Positions 1 to 9,829 of a stretch of DNA of 64,000 bases are shown here, piece after piece. The translations under genes and the position numbers were made by a program. Location: assembly GCA_963663385.2 (NCBI GenBank), contig CAXXXD010000003.1, positions 128,001 through 192,000 on the forward strand, in the 5' to 3' direction. Under the pieces are notes generated by a model, which worked only from the letters and a program-made list of their open reading frames with translations, did not search any database and was not told the origin of the DNA. The first letter of the stretch is position 1. Every line of letters starts with the position of its first letter. This DNA is from Oceanispirochaeta sp. Its GTDB lineage: Bacteria; Spirochaetota; Spirochaetia; DSM-2461.

Positions 1-131
1 TGAACAGTTCCAGTGGAATCTCCCGGGAATGGAAATCGCATCAATACCGGGACCCGGTAAAAATATATTTATTCTGACATTATAAAAAGTATTGTATAAT
101 ATATGCATGTTTACATTAAATGGAGGAATAA

Positions 132-599
132 ATGAGCTCTGCAAAGCGCCTGGCCACCCTGGTACTTATTACCGTGCTATCCCTTTCAGCCTGTATAACG
201 GCCCCGGTCTTTAACGAGGCAGCCTACGCCGAACTGTGCGAGTTGAAGGTCCTGTCGTCAGCCGTACTGGCCGTAATGCTGGAAGAAGCGGTAAAATCAG
301 AATCCGATCAATCTGATGTACAAATCCCCGCAGCAGCACAGGAAGAAATCAAAAACCTGAAGATGCGTATAGCGGTCGCCTATGAATATGCCAGAAACCG
401 CCCTGAAAACGAGGAGCAGGTAAAGCAGTTCGATATCCTGATGAATGAGGAGGGTGATATGCTCTATGCCCTTATTAAAAGCTGGGAATCCGATGAATAT
501 ATTTCTCCCTTTTATATTGAAAACAGCACAGAAAATATCAGGATATTATTCGATGTCATGCTGGCACTGGAATCCGGAAAGGAAATACCCGAGTCATAA
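132..599 (+). CDS. Hypothetical lipoprotein (first gene of a two-gene unit)
   Basis: 155-aa ORF with GGAGG RBS at 122-126; signal peptide ends in lipobox LSAC (Cys21); helical body with AYEYARNRPENE and LESGK motifs. Confidence 0.8.
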   Translation: MSSAKRLATLVLITVLSLSACITAPVFNEAAYAELCELKVLSSAVLAVMLEEAVKSESDQSDVQIPAAAQEEIKNLKMRIAVAYEYARNRPENEEQVKQFDILMNEEGDMLYALIKSWESDEYISPFYIENSTENIRILFDVMLALESGKEIPES

Positions 600-611
600 A
601 AGGAGCAGGGG

Positions 612-923
612 ATGAATGTAGATGATTTATTTAAAGAGATCTCAGATCTGGCGAAAGGTGAGCTGAAACAGTATGGAGACGAAATTACAGATGTAATCAG
701 GGATTTCTATAAGAATACTAAAAAGGATATAGAGAAATATACCCGGGCATTGGCAGACGCTAAGATTTCTCAGAAAGAATATGCCAGCCTGTTACGGCAG
801 AAAGAACAGCTTCTGCAGGCTGTCCTGCTGACAGAAAAAGTGAAAAAGCAGGTAAACCTGAAGGAATTTCAGGATAGGGTGATTGGCTTTATCATAGATA
901 AAGTTTTTGATGCCCTGCCATAA
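612..923 (+). CDS. Hypothetical all-helical cytoplasmic protein
   Basis: 103-aa ORF with AAGGAG upstream, 12 nt after the lipoprotein stop; charged, helical composition. Confidence 0.8.
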   Translation: MNVDDLFKEISDLAKGELKQYGDEITDVIRDFYKNTKKDIEKYTRALADAKISQKEYASLLRQKEQLLQAVLLTEKVKKQVNLKEFQDRVIGFIIDKVFDALP

Positions 924-1056
924 TATTTGGATCTGGATAGAATAGTTAAACCAGAAAACCTTACAGATTGAAATTAGCTTACCCTCTTTATACATATGAT
1001 ATAAGGGGGCGCAATATTGGTAAGCACCGGAAATAATTATTTTCAGTAAATTTATC

Positions 1057-1117
1057 TTGACAAAATGATTTTATAGAAATACTCTTTTTTTAGTAAGTAC
1101 AAAAACATACTAACTAA
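1057..1117 (+). promoter_or_regulatory. Sigma70-type promoter plus ROK (XylR-like) operator
   Basis: TTGACA(1057-62)-17 nt-TACTCT(1080-85), followed by the imperfect palindrome TTAGTAAGTA-caaaaaca-TACTAACTAA (1090-1117) just before the ROK RBS. Confidence 0.6.
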
Positions 1118-1126
1118 GGAAAGAAT

Positions 1127-2296
1127 ATGCCTATACCAAGAAGAACTCGTATTATTAACTCTTCGAGAATCATCCGTGAACTATGGATTCATAATGTATT
1201 GAGTAAGGCAGAACTGGCAAAAAACCTCAATATGAATAAATCCTCAGTCTCTAATATTATTGAGGAATTAATAACCTATTCTGTCGTGGAAGAAAAAGTA
1301 CCTATTCTGCCTGGTCCTAAAGGCGGACGGACTGCTATGGGACTTTCTCTCAACAAGGATTGGTTTTATGTCCTCGGATTTGAGCTGCGATCAGATTCCT
1401 ACACGGTTCTTGCTGTTGATATACAGGGGAATGTTCTTTTTTCACAGACAGAACAGCGGGAGTTAACCCGAGATAACCTTGCCAAGGATTTTATTGCTAT
1501 TGTAAAGGACCTGCAGGAAAAACTGGCATTTCTCAATCGCCCTCTTCTTGGTATCGGTGTAGGGTTTTCGGGTATTGTTGACAGGGATAACCAGATTATT
1601 ATCCGATCCGTTTCCCTTGATATTCATGATCCCCTTGATTTCAAAAAAAAAGTTGCAGGGGCCTTTGATTTTCCAGTAATTCTGGAGAATGATGCAAGCT
1701 GTGGAGCATGGGGCGAAGTCGTCTTCCAAAGGGAAAAGCAGTTAAAGAATTTTATTTTTCTCCTGATCGAATTCTGGAAACGAAGCCCTTCCGATAAGGA
1801 GACATCCCATCCTACCATCGGTATCGGATTTGGTTTCGGCGGAAGGATTTATCATGGTTCAAAGTGGGCTGCCGGCGAGTTTAAAAGTGTACTGAATAGA
1901 AAACAGGGAAGCTCCCGTCAAATTGAAATTGAACTTCCTCATGGAACAAAACACATTACTGAAGATAATTCTTCGCTCAGACTGTATATCCGGGATCTGT
2001 GCACCAATATCGCTTTCCTTGTAAATACTCTTGATATAGGGAATATCTTTATCGGCGGTGATACGGAACCCTTTCAATCTTACATTATTACTCTCCTGGA
2101 AGAAGAATTGAGATTGAATTCTCTTACCAACTCGGTTCCGGATTGTCATATTCAGTTTTCATCTCTGGGATATCATGCGGTAGCATATGGAGCAGCAGCT
2201 TTGTCTCTCGACCAGATTTTTATGAATCTTGAACCGCTGGATTCGGCAAATGAAGCGCATCTGAGGCCGTTATACTTCATGGAAGATGGATCATAA
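1127..2296 (+). CDS. ROK-family transcriptional repressor (XylR/NagC-like)
   Basis: N-terminal wHTH (LSKAELAKNLNMNKSSVSNII, GGR); ROK motifs GIGVGFSG, ENDA, IGIGF, GxxxxAGE. Confidence 0.92.
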   Translation: MPIPRRTRIINSSRIIRELWIHNVLSKAELAKNLNMNKSSVSNIIEELITYSVVEEKVPILPGPKGGRTAMGLSLNKDWFYVLGFELRSDSYTVLAVDIQGNVLFSQTEQRELTRDNLAKDFIAIVKDLQEKLAFLNRPLLGIGVGFSGIVDRDNQIIIRSVSLDIHDPLDFKKKVAGAFDFPVILENDASCGAWGEVVFQREKQLKNFIFLLIEFWKRSPSDKETSHPTIGIGFGFGGRIYHGSKWAAGEFKSVLNRKQGSSRQIEIELPHGTKHITEDNSSLRLYIRDLCTNIAFLVNTLDIGNIFIGGDTEPFQSYIITLLEEELRLNSLTNSVPDCHIQFSSLGYHAVAYGAAALSLDQIFMNLEPLDSANEAHLRPLYFMEDGS

Positions 2297-2346
2297 AAAA
2301 GGATAATCTCTCGTTTTGTGGGATTAAAATATTTTAAGGAGGCTTT

Positions 2347-3651
2347 ATGAAAGCTCAGGTAAAATGGTTATGCATTCTTGCAGTACTTTATGTTCTGCCG
2401 TTCCGGATCTTTGCCGCTGGTCAGCAGGAGCAAATAGTTCCGGTGGATGGGAATACCCTCTCGGTCTATCATTATCTTGATCAGACGGACAAGACAACCG
2501 CACCGAATTTTCAAGCGTTAGTCGATGTTTTCTATGAGGAAACCCCGGGAATCCATCTGGAATTCGAATATGGTTATGGGGAAGCTTACCACAACAAACT
2601 ACAAATGTTGGCAGTCTCAGGACAACTCCCGGATATTGTGTTGTTGTATCCGGGAAAGCGAACCTCTCAGGTAACAGGTGCCGGTCTCGTGAAGGATTTA
2701 AGACCATGGCTTGCTGACCATGAAAGTGAATTTGCCCCCATGGCAATGCTTCCTCAAGGGGATAACGGAGAAATCTGGGAGCTGCCTGAGGACATCAGTG
2801 TAACATCAATTATGTATTCAAACAATCGGCTTATGAAGGAACTTGGTCTTACTCTTCCGAAAACTTACGATGAACTTATCAAACAGGGAGATCTGATCAG
2901 GAATGCCGGTTATACGCCTATTTCTCTTGCAAACAAAGATGCCTGGCCCATACAGTCCTGTCTGGAGAGTATGCTTGTAGAAAGAACCGGAGGAATGACC
3001 TGGTATAAAAGTGCTGTTGACGGTGCCGGGTCATCCTTTCGGGATCCGGAATTTATCCAGTCCCTGAAACTGATCAAACAGATGTACGATAAAGAGATGT
3101 TCTCTCCCGGAATTAATCAATTGGCTTATATGCAGGGGCTTGATGATTTTGTTAATGAACGAGCTGTCTATTTTATAGATGGCGGATGGATGGTCAATAA
3201 TCTGGTGGGAGAATTGAGCAACGATCAGAAATCCTATATCTCTCTGGAATCTTTTCCGGATGTTCCCGGTCAGAAAGGCCAAAGCGGTTCGGTTGCCGCT
3301 ACAGCCGGGCAGGGATTCGGTATGAATGCAAAATTAACTAATGAAGAAGCGGAAGCTGCCTGGAAATGGATCTGGTTCTACGCCGGACCAAAAGGCTCTG
3401 CAATTAGACAGAAATACGGAAGACTTCCGGCGTATCTGCTGAATACTCCAGAGGACGCAGATCCGATGATTAAAAAACTCATTAGTTTTGTTGGAAATGT
3501 TCCTATGGGATATGTTCTGGATTCGGTCATCGGTTCTGAAGCCATCGGGAAGTTCAATGTGAGCTTACAGGAAATGATGTATGGCTTGAAAACGCCGGAA
3601 CAGGTTGCGGATGAATTAGAGCAACTAGTTGAAGCGAACGATAGGAAGTAA
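2347..3651 (+). CDS. Sugar ABC transporter substrate-binding protein (CUT1)
   Basis: Signal peptide followed by AAGQQE; family-1 SBP motifs (SGQLPDI, PKTYDELI, DGGW); AAGGAGG RBS. Confidence 0.92.
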   Translation: MKAQVKWLCILAVLYVLPFRIFAAGQQEQIVPVDGNTLSVYHYLDQTDKTTAPNFQALVDVFYEETPGIHLEFEYGYGEAYHNKLQMLAVSGQLPDIVLLYPGKRTSQVTGAGLVKDLRPWLADHESEFAPMAMLPQGDNGEIWELPEDISVTSIMYSNNRLMKELGLTLPKTYDELIKQGDLIRNAGYTPISLANKDAWPIQSCLESMLVERTGGMTWYKSAVDGAGSSFRDPEFIQSLKLIKQMYDKEMFSPGINQLAYMQGLDDFVNERAVYFIDGGWMVNNLVGELSNDQKSYISLESFPDVPGQKGQSGSVAATAGQGFGMNAKLTNEEAEAAWKWIWFYAGPKGSAIRQKYGRLPAYLLNTPEDADPMIKKLISFVGNVPMGYVLDSVIGSEAIGKFNVSLQEMMYGLKTPEQVADELEQLVEANDRK

Positions 3652-3665
3652 TTCCCTTCATTGAA

Positions 3666-3741
3666 ATGGAACTGTTGTAGAATATCAGGTTAGCTTAAAT
3701 AAGCATTTTTCCTCTGAATTTAATTTTTACAATAGTTCCAT
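3666..3741 (+). other. Long intercistronic stem-loop after the SBP gene (possible mRNA stabiliser or attenuator)
   Basis: ATGGAACTGTTGTAGA...TTTACAATAGTTCCAT inverted repeat with G-U pairs, between the SBP and permease genes. Confidence 0.5.
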
Positions 3742-3770
3742 ACTCTCAGAAAAAAACTGGAGTTTTACGA

Positions 3771-4658
3771 GTGAAACAAAACAAACAAAAAACATTAAGT
3801 TATTGTGTGTTTGTTATTCCCGGTGTATTGATCTTTTCATCGGTAATAATATTCCCGGTAATCTATAGCTTTCTATTAAGCTTTTCCGAATGGAGCGGGT
3901 ATGGTTCGTTCAATTTTGTAGGGATAGGAAACTACCTTACTATTGTAACCGATCCTGTTTTTCTTCATGGATTAAGGAATAACCTGCTTATAGTTGCAAT
4001 TTCCGTATTCGGACAGATTCCACTGGGATTTGTTCTAGCCTATATTTTGCATCGCAGAATTGTGGGGGGGACCCAATTTTATAAAACGATGATTTTTCTT
4101 CCCATAACGATTTCTGCCGTTGTCGTTGCTTTGTTATGGAATCAGATCTTCTCTAATTCCGGATTATATACATCTCTGATTCGTGAAATAACGGGGAACA
4201 TGAGATATGTGGTTAATATTTTTGAGAATAGGACTCTGGCTGTTGTCCCTATCCTGTTCGTTATCCTGTGGATGTATACAGGGACATACATGATTATTTA
4301 TCTAGCCAATCTTGAAAAGATCTCACCTTCAATTATGGAAGCCGCTTGTATCGACGGGGCCAGTGAGATGCAAACGCTCGTCCGCATTATTCTTCCCAAC
4401 ATGCTGGGTGTCATTGCCACTACGTCAATCTTTGCTATTTCTGGAAGTCTGAAAGCTTTTGACCTGATTTATGCAATGACTGGAGGCGGACCGGCTCACT
4501 ATACGGAAGTTATTGCTATATATATGTATACAAATACTTTTAAGTTTTATAAATATGGCTTTGGAAGTGCTGCTTCTACGATTATTGTAATTCTGAGCGT
4601 AGGATTAATCCTGTTACTACATAATTTTACTAGGCGTCTGGAACGCCAATTCGAATAA
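3771..4658 (+). CDS. Carbohydrate ABC transporter permease (MalF-like)
   Basis: Multiple TM helices; EAAxIDGA motif (EAACIDGAS); FDLIYAMTGGGP. Confidence 0.93.
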   Translation: MKQNKQKTLSYCVFVIPGVLIFSSVIIFPVIYSFLLSFSEWSGYGSFNFVGIGNYLTIVTDPVFLHGLRNNLLIVAISVFGQIPLGFVLAYILHRRIVGGTQFYKTMIFLPITISAVVVALLWNQIFSNSGLYTSLIREITGNMRYVVNIFENRTLAVVPILFVILWMYTGTYMIIYLANLEKISPSIMEAACIDGASEMQTLVRIILPNMLGVIATTSIFAISGSLKAFDLIYAMTGGGPAHYTEVIAIYMYTNTFKFYKYGFGSAASTIIVILSVGLILLLHNFTRRLERQFE

Positions 4659-4673
4659 AAGGGGGGGACGTTC

Positions 4674-5510
4674 GTGCCAATAAAAAAATCCATATATTCC
4701 TGGAAGGCTTTCGCCTATCCTATTATGCTGATTTTCACCATATTATCGGTCGGACCGCTGGTTTGGCTTTTTTACAGCTCTTTCAAACCGCATGCCGCAA
4801 TTATTAAGGATCCTCTCGGTTTACCGGGGAAACTATATTTTGAAAACTATGCTATTGCATGGAAACAGGGAAAACTGGGAATATCCAGTCTGAACAGCAT
4901 CATCTATTCTGGAGTTGCCACTATTATCACTGTTCTACTGGCAATGAGCTCAGGGTATGCTTTTGCTAAGTTCGGTAATCGATTCTCAAAGATCTTTTAC
5001 GCATTATATACACTCGGACTTCTCATTACTGTCCACTCTGTCATTGTCCCTTTATTCATACTGGAGACACATTTCGGGATAGATGATACGAGGCTGGGTG
5101 TTATAATTCCCTATATTGCATTCGGGCTTCCTTTCGTCGTCTTCCTGGCGACGACCTATATCAAAGGGATTCCTGATGCCTTGGAAGAAGCAGCCCTGAT
5201 CGACAGTGCATCCTATTTCCAAATTTTTACTCATATCATTCTTCCTGTGTCACAACCTATTCTGGCAACTATGTTTATCTATACTTTTCTGGGAAACTGG
5301 AACGAATTCGTTTTGGTTCTGACATTAACAAGCAAAGCCGCCATCAGATCACTTCCGGTGGGAATCAATTCATTTGCCGGCGGGATGTCCAGAGATTACG
5401 GGCTTCAGTTTTCTTCCCTTGTAATCGGTACACTACCGATGGTTCTCCTGTATCTATCATTCCGGGAACAGCTTGAAAAAGGGTTCGCTGCCGGGATTTC
5501 CAAAGAGTAA
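4674..5510 (+). CDS. Carbohydrate ABC transporter permease (MalG-like)
   Basis: TM helices; IPDALEEAALID; WNEF; LPVGI. Confidence 0.93.
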   Translation: MPIKKSIYSWKAFAYPIMLIFTILSVGPLVWLFYSSFKPHAAIIKDPLGLPGKLYFENYAIAWKQGKLGISSLNSIIYSGVATIITVLLAMSSGYAFAKFGNRFSKIFYALYTLGLLITVHSVIVPLFILETHFGIDDTRLGVIIPYIAFGLPFVVFLATTYIKGIPDALEEAALIDSASYFQIFTHIILPVSQPILATMFIYTFLGNWNEFVLVLTLTSKAAIRSLPVGINSFAGGMSRDYGLQFSSLVIGTLPMVLLYLSFREQLEKGFAAGISKE

Positions 5511-5516
5511 AGCCAT

Positions 5517-7106
5517 ATGGGAAATACACATATACCTCTTTTACCCCAACCGAATGGAGAAGTTCTGATTTCTTCGGATGACAGTCTGCTTTATACTTCG
5601 GTCTCCGTGATCGAATATGAATCGGACTACGTTTCGGCCGCTGAAATGATGGATGCATTCTTTAAACACCATTATCACCTCAATCTGTTAGTGACCCCCA
5701 TTTCGGGGGTTACCTGTACCGAGCCTGTTCTCCGTATTGTCAGAGGCAAGTTTCAGGGAAGCTCCGAAGCCTACAGAATTCATTGTACAGAGTTGGTCTG
5801 CGAGATTCAGGCCGCATCGGCTGCCGGTGCCATTTATGGGGTTCAAACAGTGAAGCAGCTAATGGCCGAAGATGCTCCGTCTATTCCTAAGTGCAGGATT
5901 GAAGATTTTCCGGAGTATGAATGGCGTGGGGTTATGCTGGATTCCGCCCGTACCTTTATCGAGGTGGAGGAAATATACAGACTCCTTGACCTTTTCTCTC
6001 TCCTTAAATTCAACAGGCTTCATTGGCACCTGACAGATGATCAAGGATGGCGGATTGAGATCAAAGCCTATCCGAAGCTGACGGAGATGGGCGCTTTCCG
6101 GGAGGGATCGGAAAGCCGGTCATTCGGGAGGACGCGGATTGTGCCCGGCAAGATGGGAGGGTTCTATACGCAGGAACAGATTCGGAACATTGTCAGGTAT
6201 GCCGGGAATCTGGGAATCCTTATTGTTCCGGAAATTGATCTTCCGGGTCATGTTACGGCTGCATTGAATGCCTATCCTGAACTGAGTTGTACGGGCGATT
6301 CATTCGTTATTCCTCCCGGAGCGGGAATTTTTGAAGATGTTTTATGCCTAGGCAAGTCTGAAACCCTTGAATTCGTGTACAAAGTGCTGGATGAAATCAG
6401 TATTCTTTTCCCATCTCCCTGGATTCATCTGGGCGGGGACGAAATACCAACCGGAAGATGGGAGGAATGCCGTGAGTGTCAAAAGAAACGGAAAGTCCTG
6501 GGGCTGAATCATGAAAGGGAACTTCATATATGGTTTTGCAATACTGTTGCAGAATATCTTAAAATGAAAAATAGAACATTGATCCTCTGGAATGATTGCA
6601 TGGACGATGCGCTTACACGAGACGCTTTCTGCCAGGTATGGACGCCACAACGGGATTTGCGGAATAAAGCGCTTGAAGCAAAGAAAACATATATCTTTTC
6701 CGACTATTTCCATTCATATTTCGACTTGCCCCATCGGATTACCGGAGTGAAACAGGTTTACAATTATAGTCGTAAGCTGAAAAGGACGAGAAATATATCC
6801 ATCTCTATCCTGGGTACGGAATTTTTACTATGGACAGAATGGATTCATGATAGAAAAGGTCGGGATACTCATCTTTTCCCCAGACTGATTGCTGGTTCGG
6901 AAGTAGCCTGGACCAAAACAGAGAATAGTCGGTATTTCCATTTTATAAAAGGACTAAAGAAAATGAAGCGTCTAATGGAAAAACAGTATAATGTTGTTTT
7001 CCACAACTTCCGGCGAAGTTTCCCGATTTTCCTTGTCGTTTGGGTTTCACGGATTATCCGACTCTTTCATGTGAGGAAGAATCAGGTCAACTATAAAAAG
7101 GAATAG
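5517..7106 (+). CDS. GH20 beta-N-acetylhexosaminidase
   Basis: DFPEYEWRGVMLDSAR, HWHLTDDQGWRIEI, PEIDLPGH, catalytic HLGGDE; no signal peptide, so likely cytoplasmic. Confidence 0.92.
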   Translation: MGNTHIPLLPQPNGEVLISSDDSLLYTSVSVIEYESDYVSAAEMMDAFFKHHYHLNLLVTPISGVTCTEPVLRIVRGKFQGSSEAYRIHCTELVCEIQAASAAGAIYGVQTVKQLMAEDAPSIPKCRIEDFPEYEWRGVMLDSARTFIEVEEIYRLLDLFSLLKFNRLHWHLTDDQGWRIEIKAYPKLTEMGAFREGSESRSFGRTRIVPGKMGGFYTQEQIRNIVRYAGNLGILIVPEIDLPGHVTAALNAYPELSCTGDSFVIPPGAGIFEDVLCLGKSETLEFVYKVLDEISILFPSPWIHLGGDEIPTGRWEECRECQKKRKVLGLNHERELHIWFCNTVAEYLKMKNRTLILWNDCMDDALTRDAFCQVWTPQRDLRNKALEAKKTYIFSDYFHSYFDLPHRITGVKQVYNYSRKLKRTRNISISILGTEFLLWTEWIHDRKGRDTHLFPRLIAGSEVAWTKTENSRYFHFIKGLKKMKRLMEKQYNVVFHNFRRSFPIFLVVWVSRIIRLFHVRKNQVNYKKE

Positions 7107-7124
7107 TTTCGATCTAACTTCTTT

Positions 7125-7159
7125 CTGAAAGAGAATCTACAGAGCTGATTCTCTTTCAG
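7125..7159. terminator. Perfect 13-bp stem-loop downstream of the hexosaminidase operon
   Basis: CTGAAAGAGAATC-9 nt-GATTCTCTTTCAG; the U-tract is weak. Confidence 0.55.
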
Positions 7160-7291
7160 GGATAATATTTTATAAGGGATAAGAACATGAATCTCTATTC
7201 GGGTTCTTTTATTCGCTGACAGAGGGGCTTTTGCAAGCTCCTCATAAGGGCATTCAGCGAATGGCTTTATTCAACTCCTATACACAATCTA

Positions 7292-7519
7292 CAGGAAATC
7301 AGAACCTTTTAGATGCGTATATCAGTACCTATGAATATGCCATATGCCAAAATGATAACAAGGAGCAGGTTAAGCAGTTCGTTATCCTGATGAATGAGAA
7401 GGGCAATATGCTATATACACTTACTAGAAAGCGGGTACAGTTGAAAAAATTTCAGGATAGGGTGATTTGCTTTATCATAGATAAAGTTTTTTGATGCCCT
7501 GCCTTAAGATTCAAATCTG
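7292..7519 (+). pseudogene. Decayed, internally deleted duplicate of the 132-599/612-923 gene pair
   Basis: ~7295-7430 aligns with ~345-482 (GATGCGTAT...TATGAATATGCC...GAGCAGGT.AAGCAGTTCG.TATCCTGATGAATGAG). ~7428-7519 aligns with ~844-935 (TTTCAGGATAGGGTGATT.GCTTTATCATAGATAAAGTTTTT...GATGCCCTGCC). An extra T creates a premature TGA. Confidence 0.88.
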
Positions 7520-7711
7520 AAATTGTAGAAGAAAGCCCGACATAGAGCTGATAAATAACATCTCCTGTTTTAAACCCTGGTACTGGAAAATAAACATAAT
7601 GACTTTTTTTCCGGGATACTAACTAAAGTTAGCAGTAAATTTGCTTTTATTTATTGGAAACCGGGAGTATAATCGCGTGTCTCACAGTAAATAAACACCA
7701 GGAGAAGCTAA

Positions 7712-9829
7712 GTGCAGAAATATTTACTCCCGTTATTTTTTCTATTCATAAACATTGGCAGCGGATTCGCTCAAAACATCTACAAGGATGTGAAAGACTC
7801 GGTAATCAGCCTGGAGCATATGTTTTACCTGGATGCCGCCGATTGCGAGCAACCCTCACTAATTCGTAAACTGGAAGAACTGACAGAACAGGACTTTCTG
7901 AACACACCCATGGCTGTTAAGACAGGATCGGGATTTATTATTGATCCCCGGGGGTACGCTCTGACCAACAGGCATGTGGTACTTTTCAAGGATCTGAATG
8001 AAGTCAGGGACAGCATCGGACTGGATATAGCCGAATCCATAATCGGGGAGTACGGCTACAGCTTCAGCGAGTCGGAAAAAAACAGTATACGTCATGATTT
8101 CTATAACATGTTTACAAAAGGAAAGTACCAGTTTACGGGAATACTCTCCGAACAGGAATATGAAATTGAAGTTCTGGAGGTTTCTCCGGAAGATTCGGAT
8201 GATCTGGCTCTGATCCGTCTCAAGGGAGACTCGGACTTTTCCGGCCTGCCTCTTGCCGCTTCGGAAGTTATAGACAATTCTCTTATCGGCCAGACAGTCT
8301 ACAGTTTCGGCTATCCTCTCGGAGCAACCCTTACCCGGATCTTTCAGGACAGAATCGTGTCCATGAATAAAGGGAACATTTCAGCCTTCCGGGAGGACGA
8401 ACTGAGTATCCAGCATAATGCCGCCATAAGCAGCGGAAACTCGGGTGGACCTCTTGTAAACGAAGACCAAAAAGTTCTCGGTATCAATACGGCTCTGCTG
8501 GAAGGCGGTAACAGCCTTTTCTACTCTATCGGCATAGATAAGGCAGTCACCTTTTTAAGCGAAAGGGGATATTCAGATATTTTAAAATGGAACGCCAGAA
8601 ATCTTAAGCCGGATGGCGTGAGGGTTAATCTTAAAACCAATTCATTAGGGGAACTGGAATCATCTTCGGATCTGCTTATTCTGGGAGAAAAAGGCGCAGA
8701 TATTTATCTGGATGAGCATTACATCGGCAGGGCTCCCATGTATGTGGACCTTCCGATGCCCCTGAGTCAAATAAGGATTGTAGGAAGCAAAGGCATCTTT
8801 TCGGCAAAAATCAGAAAGCTCGGTTCCCTGAGCGGTACAACCGAACTGGTCCCGGATTTCGAAAATCCCCTTATCCCTCTCTCAATCACGGAATCGGAAG
8901 GACAGTCCGTCGCCGTTTACGCGGACGGCCGATATCTCGGCGACACTCCTCTAAGGTTGGAGCTTCCCTGTGACGACTACGCTCTCTCCTTTAAATCGGA
9001 GAGTGTCGTTTATCCCGGTATAAACCATAGTTTGAGTAAGGATAATCCCAATGAGATAGTTATTCAGGGAGAGCCCGGTTACCCTCTGCATGTCGTAAAT
9101 CATGAGATCCTGACGGGGACGGCCGCGCAGGATGACCTTGATCTGATATTGGGTAAAGCCACCACCTGCCGCTCGGGAGTATACCTTTTCCGTTCCGGTC
9201 CGGTTGAAGTAGAGGCCGCTTATAACGATCCGATTGTGCTGCAGGAAGGAAACTGGACGCTTGAAATCCCGGGAGATCCCGAATGGGAGGGGCGTCCGAT
9301 TGAATTCGAGGTTCTGGGAGAAACAACCCTTGATCTGAGAAAATCCGGAGGAACCGGAGCCCTTGCAATACGGAATTTTCAAAAAGGCATGGAAGTTTTT
9401 ATTGACGGAGCCAGGATCGAGAATCCCGCGGAAGTCCTCCCCGAACTGCCTCTGGGGATCCGTGATGTCTATATCTGGCAGGACGGAAAGCTTCCCTGCG
9501 AAACAGATATTACCATCAGAAACAACGACAGCGCCTTTATTACATTTCAACCGAGAATGGGGCATTCTGCCAAGTCCGCTCTCTGGGGAGGCGGCAGCCT
9601 TACCCTAATCGGCGCCGGACTGACATTAGGGCTGCTGGATACGGATCCCTATGCCTTATCTCATTCCAATACCTACAGTGAATACAAAGACGAAAAGGAA
9701 CGCATCGCCACCATGAGCGGCGGTATGATAATTACCGGGGCGTTAATGCTGATTCCGGCTGTTCTGGAATGGGCCGCCCACAGCAAATCCAGAAACAGAT
9801 ACAACGAAGTCCGGGGAGGCGTTCAATGA
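7712..9829 (+). CDS. Secreted trypsin-like (S1/HtrA-type) serine protease with PEGA domains and C-terminal membrane helices
   Basis: Signal peptide; GSGFII, TNRHVV (His), DDLALIRL (Asp), GNSGGPL (Ser); PEGA-like repeats (GADIYLDEHYIGRAP, VYADGRYLGDTPL, GMEVFIDG); two C-terminal hydrophobic segments. Confidence 0.85.
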   Translation: MQKYLLPLFFLFINIGSGFAQNIYKDVKDSVISLEHMFYLDAADCEQPSLIRKLEELTEQDFLNTPMAVKTGSGFIIDPRGYALTNRHVVLFKDLNEVRDSIGLDIAESIIGEYGYSFSESEKNSIRHDFYNMFTKGKYQFTGILSEQEYEIEVLEVSPEDSDDLALIRLKGDSDFSGLPLAASEVIDNSLIGQTVYSFGYPLGATLTRIFQDRIVSMNKGNISAFREDELSIQHNAAISSGNSGGPLVNEDQKVLGINTALLEGGNSLFYSIGIDKAVTFLSERGYSDILKWNARNLKPDGVRVNLKTNSLGELESSSDLLILGEKGADIYLDEHYIGRAPMYVDLPMPLSQIRIVGSKGIFSAKIRKLGSLSGTTELVPDFENPLIPLSITESEGQSVAVYADGRYLGDTPLRLELPCDDYALSFKSESVVYPGINHSLSKDNPNEIVIQGEPGYPLHVVNHEILTGTAAQDDLDLILGKATTCRSGVYLFRSGPVEVEAAYNDPIVLQEGNWTLEIPGDPEWEGRPIEFEVLGETTLDLRKSGGTGALAIRNFQKGMEVFIDGARIENPAEVLPELPLGIRDVYIWQDGKLPCETDITIRNNDSAFITFQPRMGHSAKSALWGGGSLTLIGAGLTLGLLDTDPYALSHSNTYSEYKDEKERIATMSGGMIITGALMLIPAVLEWAAHSKSRNRYNEVRGGVQ

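Noticed and set aside
7231..7494. 87-aa ORF as a functional gene
   Set aside because: TTG start without an RBS; it is a chimeric remnant of genes 132-599 and 612-923 with a frameshifted end, so it is reported as a pseudogene.
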